A program made the position numbers and the translations under genes. The notes beneath the pieces were generated by a model. It saw nothing but the letters and a program-made list of their open reading frames with translations, ran no database searches and was not told the DNA's origin. This document shows, piece by piece, positions 45,411 through 59,300 of a stretch of 64,000 nucleotides of DNA (position 1 is the first letter of the stretch; every line of letters starts with the position of its first letter). This stretch comes from the human T2T-CHM13v2.0 reference genome, Homo sapiens, in NCBI RefSeq assembly GCF_009914755.1, contig NC_060925.1; one strand, 5' to 3'.

Positions 45411-47191
45411 ATGGAATCGTCATCGAATGAATTGAATGCAATCATCGAATGGTCTCGAATGGAATCATCTTCTAATGGAAAGGAATGGAATCATCGCATA
45501 GAATCGAATGGAATTATCATCGAATGGAATCGAATGGTATCAACACCAAACGGAAAAAAATGGAATTATCGAATGGAATCGAAGAGAATCTTCGAACGGA
45601 CCCGAATGGAATCATCTAATGGAATGGAATGGAATAATCCATGGACTCGAATGCAATCATCATCGAATGGAATGGAATGGAATGGAATCATCGAATGGAC
45701 TCGAATGGAATAATCATTGAACGGAATCGAATGGAATCATCATCGAATGGAAACGAATGGAATCATCATCGAATGGAAATGAAAGGAGTCATCATCTAAT
45801 GGAATTGCATGGAATCATCATAAAATGGAATCGAATGGAATCAACATCAAATGGAATCAAATGGAATCATTGAACGGAATTGAATGGAATCGTCATCGAA
45901 TGAATTGACTGCAATCATCGAATGGTCTCGAATGGAATCATCTTCAAATGGAATGGAATGGAATCATCGCATAGAATCGAATGGAATTATCATCGAATGG
46001 AATCGAATGGAATCAACATCAAACGGAAAAAAACGGAATTATCGAATGGAATCGAAGAGAATCATCGAATGGACCCGAATGGAATCATCTAATGGAATGG
46101 AATGGAATAATCCATGGACTCGAATGCAATCATCATCGAATGGAATCGAATGGAATCATCGAATGGACTCGAATGGAATAATCATTGAACGGAATCGAAT
46201 GGAATCATCATCGGATGGAAATGAATGGAATCATCATCGAATGGAATCGAATAGAAATATGGAATGAAATCCAGTGTGATCATCATCGAATGGACCCGAA
46301 TGGAATCATCATCCAACGGAAGCTAATGGAATCAACATCGAATGAATCGAATGGAAACACCATCGAATTGAAACGAATGGAATTATCATGAAATTGAAAT
46401 GGATGGACTCATCATCGAATGGATTCGAATGGAATCATCGAATAAAATTGATTGAAATCATCATCGAATGGAATCGAATGGTATCATTGAATGGAATCGA
46501 ATGGAATCATCATCAGATGGAAATGAATGGAATCGTCATAGAATGGAATCGAATGGATTCATTGAATGGAATCAGATGGAATCATCGAATGGACTGGAAT
46601 GGAATCATTGAATGGACTCGAAAGGGATCATGATTGAATGGAATTGAATGGAATCATCGAATGGTCTCGATTGGAATCATTATCAAATGGAATCGAATGG
46701 AATCACCGAATAGAATCGAATGGAACAATCATCGAATGGACTCAAATGGAATTATCCTCCAATGGAATCGAATGGAATTATCGAATGCAATCGAATGGAA
46801 TTATCGAATGCAATCGAATAGAATCATCGAATGGACTCGAATGGAATCATCGAATGGAATGGAATGGAACAGTCAATGAACTCGAATGGAATCATCATTG
46901 AATGGAATCGAATGGAATCATCGAGTGGAATCGAATGGAATTATGATCAAATGGAATCGAATGTAATCATCATCAAATGGAATCAAAAATAACCATCATC
47001 AATTGGTATTGAATGGAATTGTCATCAAATGGAATTCAAAGGAATCATCATCAAATGGAACCGAATGGAATCCTCATTGAATGGAAATGAAAGGGGTCAT
47101 CATCTAATGGAATCGCATGGAATCATCATCAAATGGAATCGAATGGAATCATCATCAAATGGAATCTAATGGAATCATTGAACAGAATTGA
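45411..47191 (+). repeat. 1781-bp unit (one extra GGAAT pentamer near 45670-45685)
   Basis: CATCGAATGGAATGGAATGGAATGGAATCATCG; spacing 1781. Confidence 0.9.
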
Positions 47192-48967
47192 ATGGAATCG
47201 TCATCGAATGAATTGAATGCAATCATCGAATGGTCTCGAATGGAATCATCTTCTAATGGAAAGGAATGGAATCATCGCATAGAATCGAATGGAATTATCA
47301 TCGAATGGAATCGAATGGTATCAACACCAAACGGAAAAAAACGGAATTATCGAATGGAATCGAAGAGAATCTTCGAACGGACCCGAATGGAATCATCTAA
47401 TGGAATGGAATGGAATAATCCATGGACTCGAATGCAATCATCATCGAATGGAATGGAATGGAATCATCGAATGGACTCGAATGGAATAATCATTGAACGG
47501 AATCGAATGGAATCATCATCGGATGGAAACGAATGGAATCATCATCGAATGGAAATGAAAGGAGTCATCATCTAATGGAATTGCATGGAATCATCATAAA
47601 ATGGAATCGAATGGAATCAACATCAAATGGAATCAAATGGAATCATTGAACGGAATTGAATGGAATCGTCATCGAATGAATTGACTGCAATCATCGAATG
47701 GTCTCGAATGGAATCATCTTCAAATGGAATGGAATGGAATCATCGCATAGAATCGAATGGAATTATCATCGAATAGAATCGAATGGAATCAACATCAAAC
47801 GGAAAAAAACAGAATTATCGTATGGAATCGAAGAGAATCATCGAATGGACCCGAATGGAATCATCTAATGGAATGGAATGGAATAATCCATGGACTCGAA
47901 TGCAATCATCATCGAATGGAATCGAATGGAATCATCGAATGGACTCGAATGGAATAATCATTGAACGGAATCGAATGGAATCATCATCGGATGGAAATGA
48001 ATGGAATCATCATCGAATGGAATCGAATAGAATTATGGAATGAAATCCAGTGTGATCATCATCGAATGGACCCGAATGGAATCATCATCCAACGGAAGCT
48101 AATGGAATCAACATCGAATGAATCGAATGGAAACACCATCGAATTGAAACGAATGGAATTATCATGAAATTGAAATGGATGGACTCATCATCGAATGGAT
48201 TCGAATGGAATCATCGAATAAAATTGATTGAAATCATCATCCAATGGAATCGAATGGTATCATTGAATGGAATCGAATGGAATCATCATCAGATGGAAAT
48301 GAATGGAATCGTCATAGAATGGAATCGAGTGGATTCATTGAATGGAATCAGATGGAATCATCGAATGGACTGGAATGGAATCATTGAATGGACTCGAAAG
48401 GGATCATGATTGAATGGAATTGAATGGAATCATCGAATGGTCTCGATTGGAATCATTATCAAATGGAATCGAATGGAATCACCGAATAGAATCGAATGGA
48501 ACAATCATCGAATGGACTCAAATGGAATTATCCTCAAATGGAATCGAATGGAATTATCGAATGCAATCGAATGGATTTATCGAATGCAATGGAATAGAAT
48601 CATCGAATGGACTCGAATGGAATTATCGAACGGAATGGAATGGAACAGTCAATGAACTCGAATGGAATCATCATTGAATGGAATCGAATGGAATCATCGA
48701 GTGGAATCGAATGGAATTATGATCAAATGGAATCGAATGTAATCATCATCAAATGGAATCAAAAATAACCATCATCAATTGGTATTGAATGGAATTGTCA
48801 TCAAATGGAATTCAAAGGAATCATCATCAAATGGAACCGAATGGAATCCTCATTGAATGGAAATGAAAGGGGTCATCATCTAATGGAATCGCATGGAATC
48901 ATCATCAAATGGAATCGAATGGAATCATCATCAAATGGAATCTAATGGAATCATTGAACAGAATTGA

Positions 48968-50275
48968 ATGGAATCGTCATCGAATGAATTGAATGCAATC
49001 ATCGAATGGTCTCGAATGGAATCATCTTCTAATGGAAAGGAATGGAATCATCGCATAGAATCGAATGGAATTATCATCGAATGGAATCGAATGGAATCAA
49101 CATCAAACGGAAAAAAACGGAATTATCGAATGGAATCGAAGAGAATCATCGAATGGACCCGAATGGAATCATCTAATGGAATGGAATGGAATAATCCATG
49201 GACTCGAATGCAATCATCATCGAATGGAATCGAATGGAATCATCGAATGGACTCGAATGGAATAATCATTGAACGGAATCGAATGGAATCATCATCGGAT
49301 GGAAATGAATGGAATCATCATCGAATGGAATCGAATAGAATTATGGAATGAAATCCAGTGTGATCATCATCGAATGGACCCGAATGGAATCATCATCCAA
49401 CGGAAGCTAATGGAATCAACATCGAATGAATCGAATGGAAACACCATCGAATTGAAACGAATGGAATTATCATGAAATTGAAATGGATGGACTCATCATG
49501 GAATGGGTTCGAATAGAATCATTGAATAAAATTGATTGAAATCATCATCCAATGGAATCGAATGGTATCATTGAATGGAATCGAATGGAATCATCATCAG
49601 ATGGAAATGAATGGAATCGTCATAGAATGGAATCGAATGGATTCATTGAATGGAATCAGATGGAATCATCGAATGGACTGAAATGGAATCATTGAATGGA
49701 CTCGAAAGGGATCATTATTGAATGGAATTGAATGGAATCATCGAATGGTCTCGATTGGAATCATTATCAAATGGAATGGAATGGAATCACCGAATAGAAT
49801 CGAATGGAACAATCATCGAATGGACTCAAATGGAATTATCCTCCAATGGAATCGAATGGAATTATCGAATGCAATCGAATGGAATTATCGAATGCAATCG
49901 AATAGAATCATCGAATGGACTCGAATGGAATCATCGAATGGAATGGAATGGAACAGTCAATGAACTCGAATGGAATCATCATTGAATGGAATCGAATGGA
50001 ATCATCGAGTGGAATCGAATGGAATTATGATCAAATGGAATCGAATGTAATCATCATCAAATGGAATCAAAAATAACCATCATCAATTGGTATTGAATGG
50101 AATTGTCATCAAATGGAATTCAAAGGAATCATCATCAAATGGAACCGAATGGAATCCTCATTGAATGGAAATGAAAGGGGTCATCATCTAATGGAATCGC
50201 ATGGAATCATCATCAAATGGAATCGAATGGAATCATCATCAAATGGAATCTAATGGAATCATTGAACAGAATTGA
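48968..50275 (+). repeat. 1308-bp unit (A/B hybrid, early crossover ~49040-49095)
   Basis: A-type TCTTCTAATGGAAAGG followed by B-type GGAATCAACATCAAACGG; spacing 1308. Confidence 0.92.
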
Positions 50276-52025
50276 ATGGAATCGTCATCGAATGAATTGA
50301 ATGCAATCATCGAATGGTCTCGAATGGAATCATCTTCTAATGGAAAGGAATGGAATCATCGCATAGAATCGAATGGAATTATCATCGAATGGAATCGAAT
50401 GGTATCAACACCAAACGGAAAAAAACGGAATTATCGAATGGAATCGAAGAGAATCTTCGAACGGACCCGAATGGAATCATCTAATGGAATGGAATGGAAT
50501 AATCCATGGACTCGAATGCAATCATCATCGAATGGAATGGAATGGAATCATCGAATGGACTCGAATGGAATAATCATTGAACGGAATCGAATGGAATCAT
50601 CATCGGATGGAAACGAATGGAATCATCATCGAATGGAAATGAAAGGAGTCATCATCTAATGGAATTGCATGGAATCATCATCAAATGGAATCGAATGGAA
50701 TCAACATCAAATGGAATCAAATGGAATCATTGAACGGAATTGAATGGAATCGTCATCGAATGAATTGACTGCAATCATCGAATGGTCTCGAATGGAATCA
50801 TCTTCAAATGGAATGGAATGGAATCATCGCATAGAATCGAATGGAATTATCATCGAATGGAATCGAATGGAATCAACATCAAACGGAAAAAAACGGAATT
50901 ATCGAATGGAATCGAAGAGAATCATCGAATGGACCCGAATGGAATCATCTAATGGAATGGAATGGAATAATCCATGGACTCGAATGCAATCATCATCGAA
51001 TGGAATCGAATGGAATCATCGAATGGACTCGAATGGAATAATCATTGAACGGAATCGAATGGAATCATCATCGGATGGAAATGAATGGAATCATCATCGA
51101 ATGGAATCGAATAGAATTATGGAATGAAATCCAGTGTGATCATCATCGAATGGACCCGAATGGAATCATCATCCAACGGAAGCTAATGGAATCAACATCG
51201 AATGAATCGAATGGAAACACCATCGAATTGAAACGAATGGAATTATCATGAAATTGAAATGGATGGACTCATCATCGAATGGATTCGAATGGAATCATCG
51301 AATAAAATTGATTGAAGTCATCATCAAATGGAATCGAATGGTATCATTGAATGGAATCGAATGGAATCATCATCAGATGGAAATGAATGGAATCGTCATA
51401 GAATGGAATCGAATGGATTCATTGAATGGAATCAGATGGAATCATCGAATGGACTGGAATGGAATCATTGAAGGGACTCGAAAGGGATCATTATTGAATG
51501 GAATTGAATGGAATCATCGAATGGTCTCGATTGGAATCATTATCAAATGGAATCGAATGGAATCACCGAATAGAATCGAATGGAACAATCATAGAATGGA
51601 CTCAAATGGAATTATCCTCCAATGGAATCGAATGGAATTATCGAATGCAATCGAATGGAATTATCGAATGCAATCGAATAGAATCATCGAATGGACTCGA
51701 ATGGAATCATCGAATGGAATGGAATGGAACAGTCAATGAACTCGAATGGAATCATCATTGAATGGAATCGAATGGAATCATCGAGTGGAATCGAATGGAA
51801 TTATGATCAAATGGAATCGAATGTAATCCTCATCAAATGGAATCAAAAATAACCATCATCAATTGGTATTGAATGGAATTGTCATCAAATGGAATTCAAA
51901 GGAATCATCATCAAATGGAACCGAATGGAATCCTCATTGAATGGAAATGAAAGGGGTCATCATCAAATGGAATCGAATGGAATCATCATCAAATGGAATC
52001 TAATGGAATCATTGAACAGAATTGA
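50276..52025 (+). repeat. 1750-bp unit (26-bp deletion near 51962, removing the CGCATGG monomer)
   Basis: AAGGGGTCATCATCAAATGG lacks CTAATGGAATCGCATGG; spacing 1750. Confidence 0.9.
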
Positions 52026-53333
52026 ATGGAATCGTCATCGAATGAATTGAATGCAATCATCGAATGGTCTCGAATGGAATCATCTTCTAATGGAAAGGAA
52101 TGGAATCATCGCATAGAATCGAACGGAATTATCATCGAATGGAATCCAATGGTATCAACACCAAACGGAAAAAAACGGAATTATCGAATGGAATCGAAGA
52201 GAATCTTCGAACGGACCCGAATGGAATCATCTAATGGAATGGAATGGAATAATCCATGGACTTGAATGCAATCATCATCGAATGGAATCGAATGGAATCA
52301 TCGAATGGACTCGAATGGAATAATCATTGAACGGAATCGAATGGAATCATCATCGGATGGAAATGAATGGAATCATCATCGAATGGAATCGAATAGAATT
52401 ATGGAATGAAATCCAGTGTGATCATCATCGAATGGACCCGAATGGAATCATCATCCAACGGAAGCTAATGGAATCAACATCGAATGAATCGAATGGAAAC
52501 ACCATCGAATTGAAACGAATGGAATTATCATGAAATTGAAATGGATGGACTCATCATCGAATGGATTCGAATGGAATCATCGAATAAAATTGATTGAAAT
52601 CATCATCAAATGGAATCGAATGGTATCATTGAATGGAATCGAATGGAATCATCATCAGATGGAAATGAATGGAATCGTCATAGAATGGAATCGAATGGAT
52701 TCATTGAATGGAATCAGATCGAATCATCAAATGGACTGGAATGGAAACATTGAATGGACTCGAAAGGGATCATTATTGAATGGAATTGAATGGAATCATC
52801 GAATGGTCTCGATTGGAATCATTACCAAATGGAATCGAATGGAATCACCGAATAGAATCGAATGGAACAATCATCGAATGGACTCAAATAGAATTATCCT
52901 CAAATGGAATCGAATGGAATTATCGAATGCAATCGAATGGAATTATCGAATGCAATCGAATAGAATCATCGAATGGACTCGAATGGAATCATCGAATGGA
53001 ATGGAATGGAACAGTCAATGAACTCGAATGGAATCATCATTGAATGGAATCGAATGGAATCATCGAGTGGAATCGAATGGAATTATGATCAAATGGAATC
53101 GAATGTAATCATCATCAAATGGAATCAAAAATAACCATCATCAATTGGTATTGAATGGAATTGTCATCAAATGGAATTCAAAGGAATCATCATCAAATGG
53201 AACCGAATGGAATCCTCATTGAATGGAAATGAAAGGGGTCATCATCTAATGGAATCGCATGGAATCATCATCAAATGGAATCGAATGGAATCATCATCAA
53301 ATGGAATCTAATGGAATCATTGAACAGAATTGA
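52026..53333 (+). repeat. 1308-bp unit (A/B hybrid, late crossover)
   Basis: A-type to ~52215, then B end and C; spacing 1308. Confidence 0.92.
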
Positions 53334-56300
53334 ATGGAATCGTCATCGAATGAACTGAATGCAATCATCGAATGGTCTCGAATGGAATCATCTTCTAATG
53401 GAAAGGAATGGAATCATCGCATAGAATCGAATGGAATTATCATCGAATGGAATCGAATGGTATCAACACCAAACGGAAAAAAACGGAATTATCGAATAGA
53501 TTCGAAGAGAATCTTCGAACGGACCCGAATGGAATCATCTAATGGAATGGAATGGAATAATCCATGGACTCGAATGCAATCATCATCGAATGGAATCAAA
53601 TGGAATCATCGAATGGACTCGAATGGAATAATCATTGAACGGAATCGAATGGAATCATCATCGGATGGAAATGAATGGAATCATCATCCAATGGAAATGA
53701 AAGGAGTCATCATCTAATGGAATTGCATGGAATCATCATAAAATGGAATCGAATGGAATCAACATCAAATGGAATCAAATGGAATCATTGAACGGAATTG
53801 AATGGAATCGTCATCGAATGTATTGACTGCAATCATCGAATGGTCTCGAATGGAATCATCTTCAAATGGAATGGAATGGAATCATCGCATAGAATCGAAT
53901 GGAATTATCATCGAATGGAATCGAATGGAATCAACATCAAACGGAAAAAAACGGAATTATCGAATGGAATCGAAGAGAATCATCGAATGGACCCGAATGG
54001 AATCATCTAATGGAATGGAATGGAATAATCCATGGACTCGAATGCAATCATCATCGAATGGAATCGAATGGAATCATCGAATGGACTCGAATGGAATAAT
54101 CATTGAACGGAATCGAATGGAATCATCATCGGATGGAAACGAATGGAATCATCATCGAATGGAATCGAATATAATTATGGAATGAAATCCAGTGTGATCA
54201 TCATCGAATGGACCCGAATGGAATCATCATCCAACGGAAGCTAATGGAATCAACATCGAATGAATCGAATGGAAACACCATCGAATTGAAACGAATGGAA
54301 TTATCATGAAATTGAAATGGATGGACTCATCATCGAATGGATTCGAATGGAATCATCGAATAAAATTGATTGAAATCATCATCCAATGGAATCGAATGGT
54401 ATCATTGAATGGAATCGAATGGAATCATCATCAGATGGAAATGAATGGAATCGTCATAGAATGGAATCGAATGGATTCATTGAATGGAATCAGATGGAAT
54501 CATCGAATGGACTGGAATGGAATCATTGAATGGACTCGAAAGGGATCATGATTGAATGGAATTGAATGGAATCATCGAATGGTCTCGATTAGAATCATTA
54601 TCAAATGGAATCGAATGGAATCACCGAATAGAATCGAATGGAACAATCATCGAATGGACTCAAATGGAATTATCCTCAAATGGAATCGAATGGAATTATC
54701 GAATGCAATCGAATGGAATTATCGAATGCAATCGAATAGAATCATCGAATGGACTCGAATGGAATCATCGAATGGAATGGAATGGAACAGTCAATGAACT
54801 CGAATGGAATCATCATTGAATGGAATCGAATGGAATCATCGAGTGGAATCGAATGGAATTATGATCAAATGGAATCGAATGTAATCATCATCAAATGGAA
54901 TCAAAAATAACCATCATCAATTGGTATTGAATGGAATTGTCATCAAATGGAATTCAAAGGAATCATCATCAAATGGAACCGAATGGAATCCTCATTGAAT
55001 GGAAATGAAAGGGGTCATCATCTAATGGAATCGCATGGAATCATCATCAAATGGAATCGAATGGAATCATCATCAAATGGAATCTAATGGAATCATTGAA
55101 CAGAATTGAATGGAATCGTCATCGAATGAATTGAATGCAATCATCGAATGGTCTCAAATGGAATCATCTTCTAATGGAAAGGAATGGAATCATCGCATAG
55201 AATCGAATGGAATTATCATCGAATGGAATCGAATGGTATCAACACCAAACGGAAAAAAACGGAATTATCGAATGGAATAGAAGAGAATCTTCGAACGGAC
55301 CCGAATGGAATCATCTAATGGAATGGAATGGAATAATCCATGGACTCGAATGCAATCATCATCGAATGGAATGGAATGGAATCATCGAATGGACTCGAAT
55401 GGAATAATCATTGAACGGAATCGAATGGAATCATCATTGGATGGAAACGAATGGAATCATCATCGAATGGAAATGAAAGGAGTCATCATCTAATGGAATT
55501 GCATGGAATCATCATCAAATGGAATCGAATGGAATCAACATCAAATGGAATCAAATGGAATCATTGAACGGAATTGAATGGAATCGTCATCGAATGAATT
55601 GACTGCAATCATCGAATGGTCTCGAATGGAATCATCTTCAAATGGAATGGAATGGAATCATCGCATAGAATCGAATGGAATTATCATCGAATGGAATCGA
55701 ATGGAATCAACATCAAACGGAAAAAAACGGAATTATCGAATGGAATCGAAGAGAATCATCGAATGGACCCGAATGGAATCATCTAATGGAATGGAATGGA
55801 ATAATCCATGGACTCGAATGCAATCATCATCGAATGGAATCGAATGGAATCATCGAATGGACTCGAATGGAATAATCATTGAACGGAATCGAATGGAATC
55901 ATCATCGGATGGAAATGAATGGAATCATCATCGAATGGAATCGAATAGAATTATGGAATGAAATCCAGTGTGATCATCATCGAATGGACCCGAATGGAAT
56001 CATCATCCAACGGAAGCTAATGGAATCAACATCGAATGAATCGAATGGAAACACCATCGAATTGAAACGAATGGAATTATTATGAAATTGAAATGGATGG
56101 ACTCATCATCGAATGGATTCGAATGGAATCATCGAATAAAATTGATTGAAATCATCATCCAATGGAATCGAATGGTATCATTGAATGGAATCGAATGGAA
56201 TCATCATCAGATGGAAATGAATGGAATCGTCATAGAATGGAATCGAATGGATTCATTGAATGGAATCAGATGGAATCATCGAATGGACTGGAATGGAATC

Positions 56301-59300
56301 ATTGAATGGACTCGAAAGGGATCATGATTGAATGGAATTGAATGGAATCATCGAATGGTCTCGATTGGAATCATTATCAAATGGAATCGAATGGAATCAC
56401 CGAATAGAATCGAATGGAACAATCATCGAATGGACTCAAATGGAATTATCCTCCAATGGAATCGAATGGAATTATCGAATGCAATCGAATGGAATTATCG
56501 AATGCAATCGAATAGAATCATCGAATGGACTCGAATGGAATCATCGAATGGAATGGAATGGAACAGTCAATGAACTCGAATGGAATCATCATTGAATGGA
56601 ATCGAATGGAATCATCGAGTGGAATCGAATGGAATTATGATCAAATGGAATCGAATGTAATCATCATCAAATGGAATCAAAAATAACCATCATCAATTGG
56701 TATTGAATGGAATTGTCATCAAATGGAATTCAAAGGAATCATCATCAAATGGAACCGAATGGAATCCTCATTGAATGGAAATGAAAGAGGTCATCATCTA
56801 ATGGAATCGCATGGAATCATCATCAAATGGAATCGAATGGAATCATCATCAAATGGAATCTAATGGAATCATTGAACAGAATTGAATGGAATCGTCATCG
56901 AATGAATTGAATGCAATCATCGAATGGTCTCGAATGGAATCATCTTCTAATGGAAAGGAATGGAATCATCGCATAGAATCGAATGGAATTATCATCGAAT
57001 GGAATCGAATGGTATCAACACCAAACGGAAAAAAACGGAATTATCGAATGGAATCGAAGAGAATCTTCGAACGGACCCGAATGGAATCATCTAATGGAAT
57101 GGAATGGAATAATCCATGGACTCGAATGCAATCATCATCGAATGGAATCGAATGGAATCATCGAATGGACTCGAATGGAATAATCATTGAACGGAATCGA
57201 TTGGAATCATCATCGGATGGAAACGAATGGAATCATCATCGAATGGAAATGAAAGGAGTCATCATCTAATGGAATTGCATGGAATCATCATAAAATGGAA
57301 TCGAATGGAATCAACATCAAATGGAATCAAATGTAATCATTGAACGGAATTGAATGGAATCGTCATCGAATGAATTGACTGCAATCATCCAATGGTCTCG
57401 AATGGAATCATCTTCAAATGGAATGGAATGGAATCATCGCATAGAATCGAATGGAATTATCATCGAATGGAATCGAATGGAATCAACATCCAACGGAAAA
57501 AAACGGAATTATCGAATGGAATCGAAGAGAATCATCGAATGGACCCGAATGGAATCATCTAATGGAATGGAATGGAATAATCCATGGACTCGAATGCAAT
57601 CATCATCGAATGGAATCGAATGGAATCATCGAATGGACTCGAATGGAATAATCATTGAACGGAATCGAATGGAATCATCATCGGATGGAAATGAATGGAA
57701 TCATCATCGAATGGAATCGAATAGAATTATGGAATGAAATCCAGTGTGATCATCATCGAATGGACCCGAATGGAATCATCATCCAACGGAAGCTAATGGA
57801 ATCAACATCGAATGAATCAAATGGAAACACCATCGAATTGAAACGAATGGAATTATCATGAAATTGAAATGGATGGACTCATCATCGAATGGATTCGAAT
57901 GGAATCATCGAATAAAATTGATTGAAATCATCATCGAATGGAATCGAATGGTATCATTGAATGGAATCGAATGGAATCATCATCAGATGGAAATGAATGG
58001 AATCGTCATAGAATGGAATCGAATGGATTCATTGAATGGAATCAGATGGAATCATCGAATGGACTGGAATGGAATCATTGAATGGACTCGAAAGGGATCA
58101 TGATTGAATGGAATTGAATGGAATCATCGAATGGTCTCGATTGGAATCATTATCAAATGGAATCGAATGGAATCACCGAATAGAATCGAATGGAATTATC
58201 ATCGAATGGAATCGAATGGAATTATCCTCCAATGGAATCGAATGGAATTATCGAATGCAATCGAATGGAATTATCGAATGCAATCGAATAGAATCATCGA
58301 ATGGACTCGAATGGAATCATCAAATGGAATGAAATGGAACAGTCAATGAACTCGAATGGAATCATCATTGAATGGAATCGAATGGAATCATCGAGTGGAA
58401 TCGAATGGAATTATGATCAAATGGAATCGAATGTAATCATCATCAAATGGAATCAAAAATAACCATCATCAATTGGTATTGAATGGAATTGTCATCAAAT
58501 GGAATTCAAAGGAATCATCATCAAATGGAACCGAATGGAATCCTCATTGAATGGAAATGAAAGGGGTCATCATCTAATGGAATCGCATGGAATCATCATC
58601 AAATGGAATCGAATGGAATCATCATCAAATGGAATCTAATGGAATCATTGAACAGAATTGAATGGAATCGTCATCGAATGAATTGAATGCAATCATCGAA
58701 TGGTCTCGAATGGAATCATCTTCTAATGGAAAGGAATGGAATCATCGCATAGAATCGAATGGAACTATCATCGAATGGAATCGAATGGTATCAACACCAA
58801 ACGGAAAAAAACGGAATTATCGAATGGAATCGAAGAGAATCTTCGAACGGACCCGAATGGAATCATCTAATGGAATGGAATGGAATAATCCATGGACTCG
58901 AATGCAATCATCATCGAATGGAATCGAATGGAATCATCGAATGGACTCGAATGGAATAATCATTGAACGGAATCGATTGGAATCATCATCGGATGGAAAC
59001 GAATGGAATCATCATCGAATGGAAATGAAAGGAATCATCATCTAATGGAATTGCATGGAATCATCATACAATGGAATCGAATGGAATCAACATCAAATGG
59101 AATCAAATGGAATCATTGAACGGAATTGAATGGAATCGTCATCGAATGAATTGACTGCAATCATCCAATGGTCTCGAATGGAATCATCTTCAAATGGAAT
59201 GGAATGGAATCATCGCATAGAATCGAATGGAATTATCATCGAATGGAATCGAATGGAATCAACATCCAACGGAAAAAAACGGAATTATCGAATGGAATCG

